Shown here one piece after another: positions 24,024 through 39,600 of a stretch of 64,000 nt of DNA (positions are counted from its first letter, which is position 1; every line of letters begins with the position of its first letter). The position numbers and the translations under genes are program-made. The notes beneath the pieces were generated by a model. That model was not told where the DNA came from. It did not search any database and saw only the letters and a program-made list of their open reading frames with translations. Source of the stretch: Eledone cirrhosa (taxonomy: Eukaryota); NCBI GenBank assembly GCA_964016885.1, contig OZ024750.1:39742001-39806000 (forward strand), read 5' to 3'.

Positions 24024-24611
24024 GTAAGTTAAATTTCATAATTTCTAATTTTTTAATAAAAAAAAACTTGTCGATATTTTTTTACTAACATTATTAGTAT
24101 GTTTTTAATTCAATATCCATTACTCTGTAAACTTTACGGAAGAAACCTGTCTAGGTGAACAGTAACTCCAATAAAATAGTTACATGGAAGAGACTTGAGC
24201 TCTGTAAGTTAGGTGTGAAGGCAACCTACTTAGGAAAGTGTTGAAGTTAAATAAAAACTGATAGTGTAGGGGAGACACATAATGCTTAGCAGGCAATCTC
24301 TCAAATACACACACATGGTGTGTGTGTGTGTGTGTGCAAGCATGTCTCTACAATTTAATTACTGGTGTTGAGACATGTAAATTTTGGCAGGCAGCTTTTC
24401 TGATACATACACATTACATGTGTGTCTGTGTCTGCCTGTGTGTACGTGTGTGATATTCATGGGCAACTACTGGTCTTCCATAGAAACACCTTGCCCAGAT
24501 TTGTGGCTCGGAGGGGAACCTTCTGGATGCAAAACCCAGTGTTTTACTATCATGTTGAAACTGCTCAAATTATCAGAAAAATGAGTGAAAATCTGTTGCC
24601 ATATCAACTTT

Positions 24612-27600
24612 CTTAATCCTTGCCTAAAATACAACATTGCTAACACTATATGGAACTCACACCTACCTAAATACTTTGATCCTTGCCTAAAATACAACAT
24701 TGCTAACACTATATGGAACATACACCTACCTAAATACTTTGATCCTTGCCTAAAATACAACATTGCTAACACTATATGGAACATACACCTACCTAAATAC
24801 TTTGATCTTTGCCTAAAATACAACATTGCTAACACTATATGGAACATACACCTACCTAAATACTTTGATCTTTGCCTAAAATACAACATTGCTAACACTA
24901 TATGGAACATACACCTACCTAAATACTTTGATCCTTGCCTAAAATACAACATTGCTAACACTATATGGAACATACACCTACCTAAATACTTTGATCCTTG
25001 CCTAAAATACAACATTGCTAACACTATATGGAACATACACCTACCTAAATACTTTGATCCTTGCCTAAAATACAACATTGCTAACACTATATGGAACATA
25101 CACCTACCTAAATACTTTGATCCTTGCCTAAAATACAACATTGCTAACACTATATGGAACATACACCTACCTAAATACTTTGATCCTTGCCTAAAATACA
25201 ACATTGCTAACACTATATGGAACATACACCTACCTAAATACTTTGATCCTTGCCTAAAATACAACATTGCTAACACTATATGGAACATACACCTACCTAA
25301 ATACTTTGATCCTTGCCTAAAATACAACATTGCTAACACTATATGGAACATACACCTACCTAAATACTTTGATCCTTGCCTAAAATACAACATTGCTAAC
25401 ACTATATGGAACATACACCTACCTAAATACTTTGATCTTTGCCTAAAATACAACATTGCTAACACTATATGGAACTCACACCTACCTAAATACTTTGATC
25501 TTTGCCTAAAATACAACATTGCTAACACTATATGGAACATACACCTACCTAAATACTTTGATCTTTGCCTAAAATACAACATTGCTAACACTATATGGAA
25601 CATACACCTACCTAAATACTTTGATCTTTGCCTAAAATACAACATTGCTAACACTATATGGAACTCACACCTACCTAAATACTTTGATCCTTGCCTAAAA
25701 TACAACATTGCTAACACTATATGGAACATACACCTACCTAAATACTTTGATCTTTGCCTAAAATACAACATTGCTAACACTATATGGAACTCACACCTAC
25801 CTAAATACTTTGATCTTTGCCTAAAATACAACATTGCTAACACTATATGGAACATACACCTACCTAAATACTTTGATCTTTGCCTAAAATACAACATTGC
25901 TAACACTATATGGAACATACACCTACCTAAATACTTTGATCTTTGCCTAAAATACAACATTACTAACACTATATGGAACTCACACCTACCTAAATACTTT
26001 GATCCTTGCCTAAAATACAACATTGCTAACACTATATGGAACATACACCTACCTAAATACTTTGATCCTTGCCTAAAATACAACATTGCTAACACTATAT
26101 GGAACATACACCTACCTAAATACTTTGATCTTTGCCTAAAATACAACATTGCTAACACTATATGGAACATACACCTACCTAAATACTTTGATCCTTGCCT
26201 AAAATACAACATTGCTAACACTATATGGAACATACACCTACCTAAATACTTTGATCTTTGCCTAAAATACAACATTGCTAACACTATATGGAACTCACAC
26301 CTACCTAAATACTTTGATCTTTGCCTAAAATACAACATTGCTAACACTATATGGAACATACACCTACCTAAATACTTTGATCTTTGCCTAAAATACAACA
26401 TTGCTAACACTATATGGAACATACACCTACCTAAATACTTTGATCCTTGCCTAAAATACAACATTGCTAACACTATATGGAACATACACCTACCTAAATA
26501 CTTTGATCTTTGCCTAAAATACAACATTGCTAACACTATATGGAACATACACCTACCTAAATACTTTGATCTTTGCCTAAAATACAACATTGCTAACACT
26601 ATATGGAACTCACACCTACCTAAATACTTTGATCTTTGCCTAAAATACAACATTGCTAACACTATATGGAACATACACCTACCTAAATACTTTGATCTTT
26701 GCCTAAAATACAACATTGCTAACACTATATGGAACTCACACCTACCTAAATACTTTGATCTTTGCCTAAAATACAACATTGCTAACACTATATGGAACAT
26801 ACACCTACCTAAATACTTTTATCCTTGCCTAAAATACAACATTGCTAACACTATATGGAACATACACCTACCTAAATACTTTGATCTTTGCCTAAAATAC
26901 AACATTGCTAACACTATATGGAACATACACCTACCTAAATACTTTGATCCTTGCCTAAAATACAACATTGCTAACACTATATGGAACATACACCTACCTA
27001 AATACTTTGATCTTTGCCTAAAATACAACATTGCTAACACTATATGGAACATACACCTACCTAAATACTTTGATCTTTGCCTAAAATACAACATTGCTAA
27101 CACTATATGGAACATACACCTACCTAAATACTTTGATCCTTGCCTAAAATACAACATTGCTAACACTATATGGAACTCACACCTACCTAAATACTTTGAT
27201 CTTTGCCTAAAATACAACATTGCTAACACTATATGGAACTCACACCTACCTAAATACTTTGATCTTTGCCTAAAATACAACATTGCTAACACTATATGGA
27301 ACATACACCTACCTAAATACTTTGATCTTTGCCTAAAATACAACATTGCTAACACTATATGGAACATACACCTACCTAAATACTTTGATCTTTGCCTAAA
27401 ATACAACATTGCTAACACTATATGGAACATACACCTACCTAAATACTTTGATCCTTGCCTAAAATACAACATTGCTAACACTATATGGAACATACACCTA
27501 CCTAAATACTTTGATCTTTGCCTAAAATACAACATTGCTAACACTATATGGAACATACACCTACCTAAATACTTTGATCTTTGCCTAAAATACAACATTG

Positions 27601-30600
27601 CTAACACTATATGGAACATACACCTACCTAAATACTTTGATCTTTGCCTAAAATACAACATTGCTAACACTATATGGAACATACACCTACCTAAATACTT
27701 TGATCTTTGCCTAAAATACAACATTGCTAACACTATATGGAACATACACCTACCTAAATACTTTGATCTTTGCCTAAAATACAACATTGCTAACACTATA
27801 TGGAACATACACCTACCTAAATACTTTGATCCTTGCCTAAAATACAACATTGCTAACACTATATGGAACATACACCTACCTAAATACTTTTATACTTGCC
27901 TAAAATACAACATTGCTAACACTATATGGAACATACACCTACCTAAATACTTTGATCCTTGCCTAAAATACAACATTGCTAACACTATATGGAACATACA
28001 CCTACCTAAATACTTTGATCTTTGCCTAAAATACAACATTGCTAACACTATATGGAACATACACCTACCTAAATACTTTGATCCTTGCCTAAAATACAAC
28101 ATTGCTAACACTATATGGAACATACACCTACCTAAATACTTTGATCCTTGCCTAAAATACAACATTGCTAACACTATATGGAACATACACCTACCTAAAT
28201 ACTTTGATCCTTGCCTAAAATACAACATTGCTAACACTATATGGAACTCACACCTACCTAAATACTTTGATCCTTGCCTAAAATACAACATTGCTAACAC
28301 TATATGGAACTCACACCTACCTAAATACTTTGATCCTTGCCTAAAATACAACATTGCTAACACTATATGGAACTCACACCTACCTAAATACTTTGATCCT
28401 TGCCTAAAATACAACATTGCTAACACTATATGGAACATACACCTACCTAAATACTTTGATCCTTGCCTAAAATACAACATTGCTAACACTATATGGAACA
28501 TACACCTACCTAAATACTTTGATCCTTGCCTAAAATACAACATTGCTAACACTATATGGAACATACACCTACCTAAATACTTTGATCCTTGCCTAAAATA
28601 CAACATTGCTAACACTATATGGAACATACACCTACCTAAATACTTTGATCTTTGCCTAAAATACAACATTGCTAACACTATATGGAACATACACCTACCT
28701 AAATACTTTGATCCTTGCCTAAAATACAACATTGCTAACACTATATGGAACATACACCTACCTAAATACTTTGATCCTTGCCTAAAATACAACATTGCTA
28801 ACACTATATGGAACATACACCTACCTAAATACTTTGATCTTTGCCTAAAATACAACATTGCTAACACTATATGGAACATACACCTACCTAAATACTTTGA
28901 TCCTTGCCTAAAATACAACATTGCTAACACTATATGGAACATACACCTACCTAAATACTTTGATCCTTGCCTAAAATACAACATTGCTAACACTATATGG
29001 AACATACACCTACCTAAATACTTTAATCCTTGCCTAAAATACAACATTGCTAACACTATATGGAACTCACACCTACCTAAATACTTTGATCTTTGCCTAA
29101 AATACAACATTGCTAACACTATATGGAACATACACCTACCTAAATACTTTGATCCTTGCCTAAAATACAACATTGCTAACACTATATGGAACATACACCT
29201 ACCTAAATACTTTGATCCTTGCCTAAAATACAACATTGCTAACACTATATGGAACATACACCTACCTAAATACTTTGATCTTTGCCTAAAATACAACATT
29301 GCTAACACTATATGGAACATACACCTACCTAAATACTTTGATCCTTGCCTAAAATACAACATTGCTAACACTATATGGAACATACACCTACTAAATACTT
29401 TGATCTTTGCCTAAAATACAACATTGCTAACACTATATGGAACATACACCTACCTAAATACTTTGATCCTTGCCTAAAATACAACATTGCTAACACTATA
29501 TGGAACATACACCTACCTAAATACTTTGATCTTTGCCTAAAATACAACATTGCTAACACTATATGGAACATACACCTACCTAAATACTTTGATCCTTGCC
29601 TAAAATACAACATTGCTAACACTATATGGAACATACACCTACCTAAATACTTTGATCCTTGCCTAAAATACAACATTGCTAACACTATATGGAACATACA
29701 CCTACCTAAATACTTTGATCTTTGCCTAAAATACAACATTGCTAACACTATATGGAACATACACCTACCTAAATACTTTGATCCTTGCCTAAAATACAAC
29801 ATTGCTAACACTATATGGAACTCACACCTACCTAAATACTTTGATCCTTGCCTAAATACAACATTGCTAACACTATATGGAACATACACCTACCTAAATA
29901 CTTTGATCCTTGCCTAAAATACAACATTGCTAACACTATATGGAACTCACACCTACCTAAATACTTTTATACTTGCCTAAAATACAACATTGCTAACACT
30001 ATATGGAACATACACCTACCTAAATACTTTGATCCTTGCCTAAAATACAACATTGCTAACACTATATGGAACTCACACCTACCTAAATACTTTGATCCTT
30101 GCCTAAAATACAACATTGCTAACACTATATGGAACTCACACCTACCTAAATACTTTGATCCTTGCCTAAAATACAACATTGCTAACACTATATGGAACTC
30201 ACACCTACCTAAATACTTTGATCCTTGCCTAAATACAACATTGCTAACACTATATGGAACATACACCTACCTAAATACTTTGATCCTTGCCTAAAATACA
30301 ACATTGCTAACACTATATGGAACATACACCTACCTAAATACTTTGATCCTTGCCTAAAATACAACATTGCTAACACTATATGGAACATACACCTACCTAA
30401 ATACTTTGATCCTTGCCTAAAATACAACATTGCTAACACTATATGGAACATACACCTACCTAAATACTTTGATCCTTGCCTAAAATACAACATTGCTAAC
30501 ACTATATGGAACATACACCTACCTAAATACTTTGATCCTTGCCTAAAATACAACATTGCTAACACTATATGGAACATACACCTACCTAAATACTTTGATC

Positions 30601-33600
30601 CTTGCCTAAAATACAACATTGCTAACACTATATGGAACATACACCTACCTAAATACTTTGATCCTTGCCTAAAATACAACATTGCTAACACTATATGGAA
30701 CATACACCTACCTAAATACTTTGATCCTTGCCTAAAATACAACATTGCTAACACTATATGGAACATACACCTACCTAAATACTTTGATCCTTGCCTAAAA
30801 TACAACATTGCTAACACTATATGGAACTCACACCTACCTAAATACTTTGATCCTTGCCTAAAATACAACATTGCTAACACTATATGGAACATACACCTAC
30901 CTAAATACTTTGATCCTTGCCTAAAATACAACATTGCTAACACTATATGGAACTCACACCTACCTAAATACTTTGATCCTTGCCTAAAATACAACATTGC
31001 TAACACTATATGGAACATACACCTACCTAAATACTTTTATACTTGCCTAAAATACAACATTGCTAACACTATATGGAACTCACACCTACCTAAATACTTT
31101 GATCTTTGCCTAAAATACAACATTGCTAACACTATATGGAACATACACCTACCTAAATACTTTGATCCTTGCCTAAAATACAACGTTGCTAACACTATAT
31201 GGAACTCACACCTACCTAAATACTTTGATCCTTGCCTAAAATACAACATTGCTAACACTATATGGAACATACACCTACCTAAATACTTTGATCCTTGCCT
31301 AAAATACAACATTGCTAACACTATATGGAACATACACCTACCTAAATACTTTGATCCTTGCCTAAAATACAACATTGCTAACACTATATGGAACATACAC
31401 CTACCTAAATACTTTGATCCTTGCCTAAAATACAACATTGCTAACACTATATGGAACATACACCTACCTAAATACTTTGATCCTTGCCTAAAATACAACA
31501 TTGCTAACACTATATGGAACATACACCTACCTAAATACTTTGATCCTTGCCTAAAATACAACATTGCTAACACTATATGGAACATACACCTACCTAAATA
31601 CTTTTATACTTGCCTAAAATACAACATTGCTAACACTATATGGAACTCACACCTACCTAAATACTTTGATCTTTGCCTAAAATACAACATTGCTAACACT
31701 ATATGGAACATACACCTACCTAAATACTTTGATCCTTGCCTAAAATACAACATTGCTAACACTATATGGAACATACACCTACCTAAATACTTTGATCCTT
31801 GCCTAAAATACAACATTGCTAACACTATATAGAACATACACCTACCTAAATACTTTTATACTTGCCTAAAATACAACATTGCTAACACTATATGGAACTC
31901 ACACCTACCTAAATACTTTGATCTTTGCCTAAAATACAACATTGCTAACACTATATGGAACATACACCTACCTAAATACTTTGATCCTTGCCTAAAATAC
32001 AACATTGCTAACACTATATGGAACATACACCTACCTAAATACTTTGATCCTTGCCTAAAATACAACATTGCTAACACTATATGGAACATACACCTACCTA
32101 AATACTTTTATACTTGGCTAAAATACAACATTGCTAACACTATATGGAACTCACACCTACCTAAATACTTTGATCTTTGCCTAAAATACAACATTGCTAA
32201 CACTATATGGAACATACACCTACCTAAATACTTTGATCCTTGCCTAAAATACAACATTGCTAACACTATATGGAACATACACCTACCTAAATACTTTGAT
32301 CCTTGCCTAAAATACAACATTGCTAACACTATATGGAACATACACCTACCTAAATACTTTGATCCTTGCCTAAAATACAACATTGCTAACACTATATGGA
32401 ACATACACCTACCTAAATACTTTGATCCTTGCCTAAAATACAACATTGCTAACACTATATGGAACATACACCTACCTAAATACTTTGATCCTTGCCTAAA
32501 ATACAACATTGCTAACACTATATGGAACATACACCTACCTAAATACTTTGATCTTTGCCTAAAATACAACATTGCTAACACTATATGGAACTCACACCTA
32601 CCTAAATACTTTGATCTTTGCCTAAAATACAACATTGCTAACACTATATGGAACATACACCTACCTAAATACTTTGATCTTTGCCTAAAATACAACATTG
32701 CTAACACTATATGGAACATACACCTACCTAAATACTTTGATCTTTGCCTAAAATACAACATTGCTAACACTATATGGAACTCACACCTACCTAAATACTT
32801 TGATCCTTGCCTAAAATACAACATTGCTAACACTATATGGAACATACACCTACCTAAATACTTTGATCTTTGCCTAAAATACAACATTGCTAACACTATA
32901 TGGAACTCACACCTACCTAAATACTTTGATCTTTGCCTAAAATACAACATTGCTAACACTATATGGAACATACACCTACCTAAATACTTTGATCTTTGCC
33001 TAAAATACAACATTGCTAACACTATATGGAACATACACCTACCTAAATACTTTGATCTTTGCCTAAAATACAACATTGCTAACACTATATGGAACTCACA
33101 CCTACCTAAATACTTTGATCCTTGCCTAAAATACAACATTGCTAACACTATATGGAACATACACCTACCTAAATACTTTGATCCTTGCCTAAAATACAAC
33201 ATTGCTAACACTATATGGAACATACACCTACCTAAATACTTTGATCTTTGCCTAAAATACAACATTGCTAACACTATATGGAACATACACCTACCTAAAT
33301 ACTTTGATCCTTGCCTAAAATACAACATTGCTAACACTATATGGAACATACACCTACCTAAATACTTTGATCTTTGCCTAAAATACAACATTGCTAACAC
33401 TATATGGAACTCACACCTACCTAAATACTTTGATCTTTGCCTAAAATACAACATTGCTAACACTATATGGAACATACACCTACCTAAATACTTTGATCTT
33501 TGCCTAAAATACAACATTGCTAACACTATATGGAACATACACCTACCTAAATACTTTGATCCTTGCCTAAAATACAACATTGCTAACACTATATGGAACA

Positions 33601-36600
33601 TACACCTACCTAAATACTTTGATCTTTGCCTAAAATACAACATTGCTAACACTATATGGAACATACACCTACCTAAATACTTTGATCTTTGCCTAAAATA
33701 CAACATTGCTAACACTATATGGAACTCACACCTACCTAAATACTTTGATCTTTGCCTAAAATACAACATTGCTAACACTATATGGAACATACACCTACCT
33801 AAATACTTTGATCTTTGCCTAAAATACAACATTGCTAACACTATATGGAACTCACACCTACCTAAATACTTTGATCTTTGCCTAAAATACAACATTGCTA
33901 ACACTATATGGAACATACACCTACCTAAATACTTTTATCCTTGCCTAAAATACAACATTGCTAACACTATATGGAACATACACCTACCTAAATACTTTGA
34001 TCTTTGCCTAAAATACAACATTGCTAACACTATATGGAACATACACCTACCTAAATACTTTGATCCTTGCCTAAAATACAACATTGCTAACACTATATGG
34101 AACATACACCTACCTAAATACTTTGATCTTTGCCTAAAATACAACATTGCTAACACTATATGGAACATACACCTACCTAAATACTTTGATCTTTGCCTAA
34201 AATACAACATTGCTAACACTATATGGAACATACACCTACCTAAATACTTTGATCCTTGCCTAAAATACAACATTGCTAACACTATATGGAACTCACACCT
34301 ACCTAAATACTTTGATCTTTGCCTAAAATACAACATTGCTAACACTATATGGAACTCACACCTACCTAAATACTTTGATCTTTGCCTAAAATACAACATT
34401 GCTAACACTATATGGAACATACACCTACCTAAATACTTTGATCTTTGCCTAAAATACAACATTGCTAACACTATATGGAACATACACCTACCTAAATACT
34501 TTGATCTTTGCCTAAAATACAACATTGCTAACACTATATGGAACATACACCTACCTAAATACTTTGATCCTTGCCTAAAATACAACATTGCTAACACTAT
34601 ATGGAACATACACCTACCTAAATACTTTGATCTTTGCCTAAAATACAACATTGCTAACACTATATGGAACATACACCTACCTAAATACTTTGATCTTTGC
34701 CTAAAATACAACATTGCTAACACTATATGGAACATACACCTACCTAAATACTTTGATCTTTGCCTAAAATACAACATTGCTAACACTATATGGAACATAC
34801 ACCTACCTAAATACTTTGATCTTTGCCTAAAATACAACATTGCTAACACTATATGGAACATACACCTACCTAAATACTTTGATCTTTGCCTAAAATACAA
34901 CATTGCTAACACTATATGGAACATACACCTACCTAAATACTTTGATCCTTGCCTAAAATACAACATTGCTAACACTATATGGAACATACACCTACCTAAA
35001 TACTTTTATACTTGCCTAAAATACAACATTGCTAACACTATATGGAACATACACCTACCTAAATACTTTGATCCTTGCCTAAAATACAACATTGCTAACA
35101 CTATATGGAACATACACCTACCTAAATACTTTGATCTTTGCCTAAAATACAACATTGCTAACACTATATGGAACATACACCTACCTAAATACTTTGATCC
35201 TTGCCTAAAATACAACATTGCTAACACTATATGGAACATACACCTACCTAAATACTTTGATCCTTGCCTAAAATACAACATTGCTAACACTATATGGAAC
35301 ATACACCTACCTAAATACTTTGATCCTTGCCTAAAATACAACATTGCTAACACTATATGGAACTCACACCTACCTAAATACTTTGATCCTTGCCTAAAAT
35401 ACAACATTGCTAACACTATATGGAACTCACACCTACCTAAATACTTTGATCCTTGCCTAAAATACAACATTGCTAACACTATATGGAACATACACCTACC
35501 TAAATACTTTTATACTTGCCTAAAATACAACATTGCTAACACTATATGGAACATACACCTACCTAAATACTTTGATCTTTGCCTAAAATACAACATTGCT
35601 AACACTATATGGAACATACACCTACCTAAATACTTTGATCCTTGCCTAAAATACAACATTGCTAACACTATATGGAACTCACACCTACCTAAATACTTTG
35701 ATCTTTGCCTAAAATACAACATTGCTAACACTATATGGAACATACACCTACCTAAATACTTTTATCCTTGCCTAAAATACAACATTGCTAACACTATATG
35801 GAACATACACCTACCTAAATACTTTGATCTTTGCCTAAAATACAACATTGCTAACACTATATGGAACTCACACCTACCTAAATACTTTGATCCTTGCCTA
35901 AAATACAACATTGCTAACACTATATGGAACATACACCTACCTAAATACTTTGATCTTTGCCTAAAATACAACATTGCTAACACTATATGGAACATACACC
36001 TACCTAAATACTTTGATCTTTGCCTAAAATACAACATTGCTAACACTATATGGAACATACACCTACCTAAATACTTTGATCCTTGCCTAAAATACAACAT
36101 TGCTAACACTATATGGAACTCACACCTACCTAAATACTTTGATCTTTGCCTAAAATACAACATTGCTAACACTATATGGAACTCACACCTACCTAAATAC
36201 TTTGATCTTTGCCTAAAATACAACATTGCTAACACTATATGGAACATACACCTACCTAAATACTTTGATCTTTGCCTAAAATACAACATTGCTAACACTA
36301 TATGGAACTCACACCTACCTAAATACTTTGATCTTTGCCTAAAATACAACATTGCTAACACTATATGGAACATACACCTACCTAAATACTTTTATCCTTG
36401 CCTAAAATACAACATTGCTAACACTATATGGAACATACACCTACCTAAATACTTTGATCTTTGCCTAAAATACAACATTGCTAACAGTATATGGAACATA
36501 CACCTACCTAAATACTTTGATCCTTGCCTAAAATACAACATTGCTAACACTATATGGAACATACACCTACCTAAATACTTTGATCTTTGCCTAAAATACA

Positions 36601-39600
36601 ACATTGCTAACACTATATGGAACATACACCTACCTAAATACTTTGATCTTTGCCTAAAATACAACATTGCTAACACTATATGGAACATACACCTACCTAA
36701 ATACTTTGATCCTTGCCTAAAATACAACATTGCTAACACTATATGGAACTCACACCTACCTAAATACTTTGATCTTTGCCTAAAATACAACATTGCTAAC
36801 ACTATATGGAACTCACACCTACCTAAATACTTTGATCTTTGCCTAAAATACAACATTGCTAACACTATATGGAACATACACCTACCTAAATACTTTGATC
36901 TTTGCCTAAAATACAACATTGCTAACACTATATGGAACATACACCTACCTAAATACTTTGATCTTTGCCTAAAATACAACATTGCTAACACTATATGGAA
37001 CATACACCTACCTAAATACTTTGATCCTTGCCTAAAATACAACATTGCTAACACTATATGGAACATACACCTACCTAAATACTTTGATCTTTGCCTAAAA
37101 TACAACATTGCTAACACTATATGGAACATACACCTACCTAAATACTTTGATCTTTGCCTAAAATACAACATTGCTAACACTATATGGAACATACACCTAC
37201 CTAAATACTTTGATCTTTGCCTAAAATACAACATTGCTAACACTATATGGAACATACACCTACCTAAATACTTTGATCTTTGCCTAAAATACAACATTGC
37301 TAACACTATATGGAACATACACCTACCTAAATACTTTGATCCTTGCCTAAAATACAACATTGCTAACACTATATGGAACATACACCTACCTAAATACTTT
37401 GATCTTTGCCTAAAATACAACATTGCTAACACTATATGGAACATACACCTACCTAAATACTTTGATCTTTGCCTAAAATACAACATTGCTAACACTATAT
37501 GGAACATACACCTACCTAAATACTTTGATCTTTGCCTAAAATACAACATTGCTAACACTATATGGAACATACACCTACCTAAATACTTTGATCTTTGCCT
37601 AAAATACAACATTGCTAACACTATATGGAACATACACCTACCTAAATACTTTGATCTTTGCCTAAAATACAACATTGCTAACACTATATGGAACATACAC
37701 CTACCTAAATACTTTGATCCTTGCCTAAAATACAACATTGCTAACACTATATGGAACATACACCTACCTAAATACTTTTATACTTGCCTAAAATACAACA
37801 TTGCTAACACTATATGGAACATACACCTACCTAAATACTTTGATCTTTGCCTAAAATACAACATTGCTAACACTATATGGAACTCACACCTACCTAAATA
37901 CTTTGATCTTTGCCTAAAATACAACATTGCTAACACTATATGGAACATACACCTACCTAAATACTTTGATCTTTGCCTAAAATACAACATTGCTAACACT
38001 ATATGGAACATACACCTACCTAAATACTTTGATCTTTGCCTAAAATACAACATTGCTAACACTATATGGAACATACACCTACCTAAATACTTTGATCCTT
38101 GCCTAAAATACAACATTGCTAACACTATATGGAACATACACCTACCTAAATACTTTGATCTTTGCCTAAAATACAACATTGCTAACACTATATGGAACAT
38201 ACACCTACCTAAATACTTTGATCTTTGCCTAAAATACAACATTGCTAACACTATATGGAACATACACCTACCTAAATACTTTGATCTTTGCCTAAAATAC
38301 AACATTGCTAACACTATATGGAACATACACCTACCTAAATACTTTGATCTTTGCCTAAAATACAACATTGCTAACACTATATGGAACATACACCTACCTA
38401 AATACTTTGATCTTTGCCTAAAATACAACATTGCTAACACTATATGGAACATACACCTACCTAAATACTTTGATCCTTGCCTAAAATACAACATTGCTAA
38501 CACTATATGGAACATACACCTACCTAAATACTTTTATACTTGCCTAAAATACAACATTGCTAACACTATATGGAACATACACCTACCTAAATACTTTGAT
38601 CCTTGCCTAAAATACAACATTGCTAACACTATATGGAACATACACCTACCTAAATACTTTGATCTTTGCCTAAAATACAACATTGCTAACACTATATGGA
38701 ACATACACCTACCTAAATACTTTGATCCTTGCCTAAAATACAACATTGCTAACACTATATGGAACATACACCTACCTAAATACTTTGATCCTTGCCTAAA
38801 ATACAACATTGCTAACACTATATGGAACATACACCTACCTAAATACTTTGATCCTTGCCTAAAATACAACATTGCTAACACTATATGGAACTCACACCTA
38901 CCTAAATACTTTGATCCTTGCCTAAAATACAACATTGCTAACACTATATGGAACTCACACCTACCTAAATACTTTGATCCTTGCCTAAAATACAACATTG
39001 CTAACACTATATGGAACTCACACCTACCTAAATACTTTGATCCTTGCCTAAAATACAACATTGCTAACACTATATGGAACATACACCTACCTAAATACTT
39101 TGATCCTTGCCTAAAATACAACATTGCTAACACTATATGGAACATACACCTACCTAAATACTTTGATCCTTGCCTAAAATACAACATTGCTAACACTATA
39201 TGGAACATACACCTACCTAAATACTTTGATCCTTGCCTAAAATACAACATTGCTAACACTATATGGAACATACACCTACCTAAATACTTTGATCCTTGCC
39301 TAAAATACAACATTGCTAACACTATATGGAACATACACCTACCTAAATACTTTGATCTTTGCCTAAAATACAACATTGCTAACACTATATGGAACATACA
39401 CCTACCTAAATACTTTGATCCTTGCCTAAAATACAACATTGCTAACACTATATGGAACATACACCTACCTAAATACTTTGATCCTTGCCTAAAATACAAC
39501 ATTGCTAACACTATATGGAACATACACCTACCTAAATACTTTGATCCTTGCCTAAAATACAACATTGCTAACACTATATGGAACTCACACCTACCTAAAT